A stretch of 64,000 nt of DNA, taken from positions 120,042 to 184,041 of the forward strand of contig PS015058.1 of NCBI GenBank assembly GCA_048213135.1, written 5' to 3'. The DNA is from Reclinomonas americana ATCC 50394. Lineage: Eukaryota. Of this stretch, positions 57,201 through 64,000 are shown piece after piece. The notes under the pieces were generated by a model that ran no database searches, had not been told where the DNA came from, and saw nothing but the letters and a program-made list of their open reading frames with translations. Positions within the stretch are counted from its first letter, which is position 1. Each line of letters begins with the position of its first letter. Position numbers and translations under genes: made by a program.

Positions 57201-57854
57201 GCCAAATGAATGGAGCCTTCTCTCACCTCTCTCCCTCTCCCTCCACCTCTTTCCCTCTCCCTCTTCCCTCTCCCTCTTCCCCTCTCCCTCTCCCTCTTCT
57301 CCCCCTTCTCTCTTTGCCGGCAGACATCAAGCTACCCGACATCTCCCTCGACCTGGCCATGAAGTCCACCGACGCCGGCAGTGCCGCCAGCGACGTCGTG
57401 GCACCGCCGCCGCGCAAGCGTCGCAAGGCAGCCACCGTCGACAGCAAGATCACGCTCGATGCACAGTTTCGTAGGCAATCTCTTTCTGCTTGCTTTGTTG
57501 GATGTCTCACCACGCATCTCTCGTGAAAACAGGGTGATCAGCAAGAGTCTGCAAGACACGTCGGCGATTGTGCGCCCGGCCAACTGTGGTCCGGCCACGG
57601 TGGCCGAGTTTGAGCGGCATCGCCGAGAGACCGAGCCCATTGATCGTCTTTTCATGCGACCCATTGGCTTTGATCGTTGCGTGTGGCACCCATCCTCGTC
57701 TTCCTTGTGTGCTTGACCGACCTGCCGTGCTTGCAGACATGGCACCGGAGGTGCAGCGACTCTTCACCAAGTCAATGACTGGTAAGCGTCGCCGTGCCGA
57801 GGCCGAGGCCGACGAGACGGCGAGCGTGGAGGTGGCACGCGCGGAGGTCTGTAT

Positions 57855-57893
<39 letters not shown>

Positions 57894-58096
57894 TGTGCTC
57901 ACTGTCTGCTCTCCTTCTCTGAACTCTGTTTGCTCGATGTACTCTTATCGTTGCTCTCTTTGCTCTTCGTCTTTCTTTGTGCTCTCTGTGTGCTCTGTGC
58001 TCCTCTTCTCTCACACTCCCTCTGCTCTCGCTCGTTGCGCTCTCTCTTCCTGTTCTTCCTGAATGACACTCTGCTTGCTGTCTTGTGATGTTTTGC

Positions 58097-58144
<48 letters not shown>

Positions 58145-58303
58145 CTCCACCAGCCCGTCCGTCTACTTCGCCGTNNNNNNNNNNNNNNNNNNNNCCTCCG
58201 TCGTCGTCCGTCGTCGTCGTCGTCGTCGTCCTCTTCCTTCGTTCGTTCCGTTCGTACGTACGTACGTACTCGTCGTCGTCGTCGTCGTCGTTCGTCGTTG
58301 TTC

Positions 58304-58361
<58 letters not shown>

Positions 58362-59025
58362 CCCCGCCGTCATTTGACCGTGCATATTGATTCCCTCTCT
58401 TTGTTTGTCCGTCGCACAGCGGTCATCTGTCGACCGTCAAGACGTGCGCAGTCTGCAGGGCGGCGATGGCGACGCGTACATGGGTGGTGTGGAGCTTGAC
58501 AACTATGACCGCGAGCAACCCGACTACTATCCAGAGGCTGGCTTTGCCGAGGAGCAAGCCAACGTGCGTCTCGCATATCACCTGAAGCTTCTCGTGGATT
58601 CTTAAGTGTTGTGAAAAATGTGTAGGGCGACGGCCTGGGATTGGACGACCTTGGCGAGCCGTCGATTGGTGGCCTGCCAGATATCAGCCTCAGTTGCATC
58701 GCCCTCTGTGTGTGGGCGAATGTGGAGGTGACACGTGCTTACTATTCGTGCAGAGAGCGCCCGCAGCGCCATTCGCGACGGCGAAGAGGACGAGGAGAAC
58801 GAGGAGGGTGCCAGCAAATCGAGCAAGAAGGGCAAGAAGGATGCCTCTGTCCGCCAGGCGTCCATGGAGGTCGACGACGGCGCCGACGACGACAGAAGAT
58901 CGGAGGCTCGCGGCGCGGTGAGCGGCCACGGCGTCGGTCGCCTGACCGAGCGCTCGCAGCTGCTCCTTGGCGTGCTGCAAAAGAGCTTCAACGGCGTGGA
59001 CGATACGGAGCCACTGAGGCACGTT

Positions 59026-59088
<63 letters not shown>

Positions 59089-59721
59089 TCCTGTTCCTGC
59101 TCCGCCTCGTGTTCCTGCTCCGCCTGGTGCTCCTGCTCTGCCGCGTGTTTATACTCCGCCTCCTGTTCCTGCTCCGCCTCCTGTTCGTGCTCCGCCTCCT
59201 GTTCCTGCTCCGCCTCGTGTTCCTGCTCCGCCTCCTGTTCGTTCTCCGCCTCCTGTTTGTGCTCCGCTTCGTGTTCCTGCTCTGCCTCCTGTTCGTGCTC
59301 CGCCTCCTGTTCTTGCTCTGCCTCCTGTTCCTGCTCTGCCTCGTGTTCTTGCTGTTCTTGCTCCGCCTCGTGTTCTTCCTCCGCCTCGTGTTTCTGCTCC
59401 GCCTGGTGTTCCTGCTCTGCCTCGTGTTTATGCTCCGCCTCCTGTTCCTCCTCCTCCTCCTCCTCCTTCTCCTCCTCCTCCTCCTCCTCACCCCCTCCCC
59501 CTTCCCCCTTCCCCATTCACCCTCCCCCTCTTTGAATACCTCAACTCACTTCCCTTCCCCGCAGCTTCCTCGACATGACGAGCGAAAACACGCGCAAGGT
59601 GGCCGCCATCACCTTCTTCGAGATGCTGGTTCTCGCCACCTCCAAGCGCGTCTCGCTGGCGCAAGAGGAGCCCTACGGCGACATTCTCGTGCACCCCTCC
59701 AGCAGCCTCTACGATGCTTGA
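54218..59721 (+). CDS. RAD21: Cohesin kleisin Rad21/Scc1 (Rad21/Rec8 family)
   Basis: N-terminus MFFSSNVLTKS|GPLGVVWQAAHDLKKLKKSEI…LALRTSGHLLYGIVRIYYRK; central RKRRKAATVDSKITL; C-terminal winged helix TRKVAAITFFEMLVLA…QEEPYGDI. Confidence 0.95.
59085..59450. repeat. 18-bp minisatellite in the last RAD21 intron
   Basis: About 20 copies of the unit tccgcctc(c/g)tgttcctgc. Confidence 0.9.
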
Positions 59722-59816
59722 GGAGGGAAGGAGGGGGAAGGGAGAAGAGACAAATGTATGCCATCCACTCGTCCATCGCGTCAATCAACGCTTGTTTTGT
59801 GCTCTTGTGTGAGAGA

Positions 59817-61622
59817 ATGAGCGCAGTGTCTGTGGACAACACAGTGGCAGCTGAGGGTGCGGGCGCACTGGGCGCAGTGCGTGATCTTCCCTTCCCGCTG
59901 CTCACACCACCTGGCGCCCTTCCCCGCTACACAATCGATCTCGATCTCCCACCCGAGGATCGCTGGCGACAAGGTCTCACTCACTCTCCGTATCTCTTTG
60001 TGACAACTCACACACTGATCTTACTGACACACACACACACAGTGGTGGAGGACTACAAGGAGCAAGCAGAACGCGTGCTGTTGTGTGTGTGTGTGTGTGA
60101 GAATAGCCGCATCCGCGTGTTGTGCGCGCTGAAAACTATTATTATGCACAGCGACTTTCTCATGACCGAGATCCGTCAGCAGGGAGGCAGGGTGCGTGTC
60201 TCTGTATCTGTGTGAGTGTGTGCTTCTTTATTGACATGATCGTGTGCAGATGGCGTCGTTCATGGTCAAGGGAGTGGCAGCTGGTCTTCTCAAGTTGCGA
60301 TATAGATATATGTGTGCCCGTTTTCTTCGTGTTTCCTGACAGATACACATGCGCAGTGTGATTTGCCGCATGGGACGAGTGCTGGTGAGTGACTACAAGG
60401 TGCATGAGCAAGGCTTTGTATTCTGTGCGCTCATTGTGTTGCAGTATTACCGCGAACTGAAGGCGATTTCGAAGCAGTCGGGCATTGGGCTTGGCAAGCT
60501 CGTGCTGTTGCAGTTGACGTTGCGTGTTTCTGTGGGCATACTCTGTCCGTCGACTGCACTCACCCTTCCTTGTCGCGTGATCAGATACGAGGCCTCGGCG
60601 GCGTGCACGTCGATCATCTGCGAGAGTGCCGATGGGTGCCCGGTGCACTTGCGCAGCATGGACTGGGCGCTGCCGCTGCTCAAGGAGTTGACAATTGAGG
60701 GTTGCGTGGGCTCTCTCCTGTCTCCACCCCTTCCCACTCGCTCACTTGCGCGCCCTTCACGCAGTGGAATTCAAGCGCGGAGGCGAGACGCAGTTTATTG
60801 GCACGACAGTTGCGCGCGATCTTTCTCACGGACTCTCTCACTCTCTTTCTCACATAGTCGTGCCGCAGTGGGCTGGTTACGTTGGTATCCTGACGGCCGT
60901 CAAGCCCGGTGTGTGCTCCGTCAGCGTCAACTTTAGGCGAGGCGACGGGCGGTATCGCAAGAACCTGTGGAACGCCATGACCGGCTGCTGGCCAGTGGGT
61001 GCGTTCTTTTAATGTGTGGCAGAGAGATCTAGAGGTGTACTCTTCCCGACTGACGACCGCTGCGCAGCGTTCGCGGTTCGTCATCTGATGGAGCAACCCG
61101 ACATGACGTACACGGACATGGTGTACCAGCTGGAGCGCATCGAGTTGATCAGCCCCACGTACCTCACAGTGTGCGGAACGTTGCGTCTCACGCGCACCAT
61201 TGTGTCCCTTTACTCTGCCCCTGCTCAATCGCCGTCTCCAGGCTGCCCGGTGAAGGCTGCATCATCACCCGCGACCGGAAAGACGTGGTACACACGAGGA
61301 GACTGGCCGGCCGCGGTTTCCTCGTGCAGACCAACAAGGACGCACACGAGGAGGACGACGAGGGCTACAACATTTGTTGGAGCGTGGAACGGCACAAGAT
61401 GGTGGAGGCATGGTGCGCATGAAACAGCTCAAAAGCCATGCACCTCCTTCGCGTGTCTCTCATTCAACATGCAGGTTCGCCGACACGCCTCCCGAGGAAC
61501 TGAGCATCCGCACCGGCCTCTACGAGATGCTCATGACAACGCAGCCGGTGATGAATGAGGAGACCATTTACTTTAACGTCATGAGCCCCGGTCTGTTTCA
61601 CTTTGTGTCGTACCTGTCATGA
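59817..61622 (+). CDS. Acid ceramidase / NAAA-family Ntn-hydrolase
   Basis: YTIDLDLPPEDRW, YYRELKAIS, YEASAACTSII (nucleophilic Cys), HLRSMDW, WAGYVGILTAVKPG, LISPTYL, GEGCIITRDR, LVQTN and PVMNEETIY. Confidence 0.93.
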
Positions 61623-62290
61623 CAGTAATTAAAGGAGAAGGAAATGGAGGAAGGTTTTAAACAGGGTGGTAGAAGAGTGAGAGGAGGGTTGCGTTTTTTT
61701 GCTCTCCGCCAGCTTGCGTGATCGTTACTGCTGAGGTGGGGGTACTGCTTCCTGCTGCTGACTGCATCGGATGAACCAGAGACAGTTAGCTTCATCATGA
61801 GCCACACTTTGTTCCACTTTGTGTCGTACCTCTGATGACAATGAAGGAGAAGGCAGGTTAACGAAGTGGAGGATTGCGTTTGTTTCTCTCCACTACTGCC
61901 TCCTGCAGCTGATCAACTTGTCGGATGAACGAGGAGACCATTTACTCTAACGTCATGAGCCCCGGTCTGTTTCACTTTGTGTCGTACCTCTCATGCATGC
62001 GCATATGCATGACAGTAATTAAAGGAGAAGGAAATGGAGGAAGGTTTTAATCAGGGTGGTAGAAGAGTGCACGTGAGGGTTGCGTTTGGCTGACTACTGC
62101 TGCTGCAAAGGAGAGAAACTGCCTCCTGCTGTTGATCAAGGGCAGAATGAACAAGGAGACCATTTACTTCAACATCATGGATCCCGGTCTGTGCCACGTA
62201 CCTCTCATGACTATAAAGAAGGAGGAGAAGGAGGAAGGTTCTAGTCAGGTTATAAGAGTGGAGGGTTGCGTTTGTTTCTCTCCACAACAG
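61549..62290 (+). repeat. Four tandem, degenerating copies of the ceramidase C-terminal codons plus 3' UTR
   Basis: gatgaa(t/c)gaggagaccatttact…catgagccccggtctg…gtcgtacct…aggagaagga recurs at ~61550, ~61770 (diverged), ~61924 and ~62147. Confidence 0.85.
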
Positions 62291-62302
62291 CTCGCGGGCT
62301 CA

Positions 62303-63919
<1,617 letters not shown>

Positions 63920-64000
63920 TTTTGTCTAAAGTATAAAGTCGCGTCCTGCCTGTGCGTTTTGTTATGTTGTTCTTGTCACGCGCTCGGAGGTTGTTCTTCT

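Noticed and set aside
58602-59516. 304-aa minus-strand ORF with EQEQEA repeats
   Set aside because: Antisense reading of the intronic 18-bp minisatellite and a RAD21 exon; starts at GTG/low complexity, with no independent gene evidence.

Overview
Intron-rich, gene-dense eukaryotic (protist-like) genomic DNA with assembly gaps and long microsatellite-filled introns. Manual splicing gives about 15 protein-coding genes. Recognisable ones are RPN7, RAD21/SCC1, NC2-alpha (DRAP1), an acid ceramidase/NAAA-family hydrolase, an FkbM-family methyltransferase and an NHR2-like membrane protein with a mitochondrial-type presequence. There are also several large, unusual multidomain proteins: PH-ARM-Clu-TPR-Ank-PH, PH-PH-LRR and a C2-like/F-box-like protein. 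Two signals stand out. (1) A frequent shifted-register 5' splice-site class, GTTGCGT/GTTTCGT, occurs almost only when the exon does not end in G, and conserved reading frames confirm it. (2) An NLR-like STAND gene has the predicted architecture Ubl-HEPN(RNase motif)-NACHT-pentapeptide-14xWD40 with hypervariable repeat positions, and is flanked by two copies of a tail segment whose intact copy encodes a CaaX lipid anchor. All domain calls are by eye from motifs; no database searches were run.
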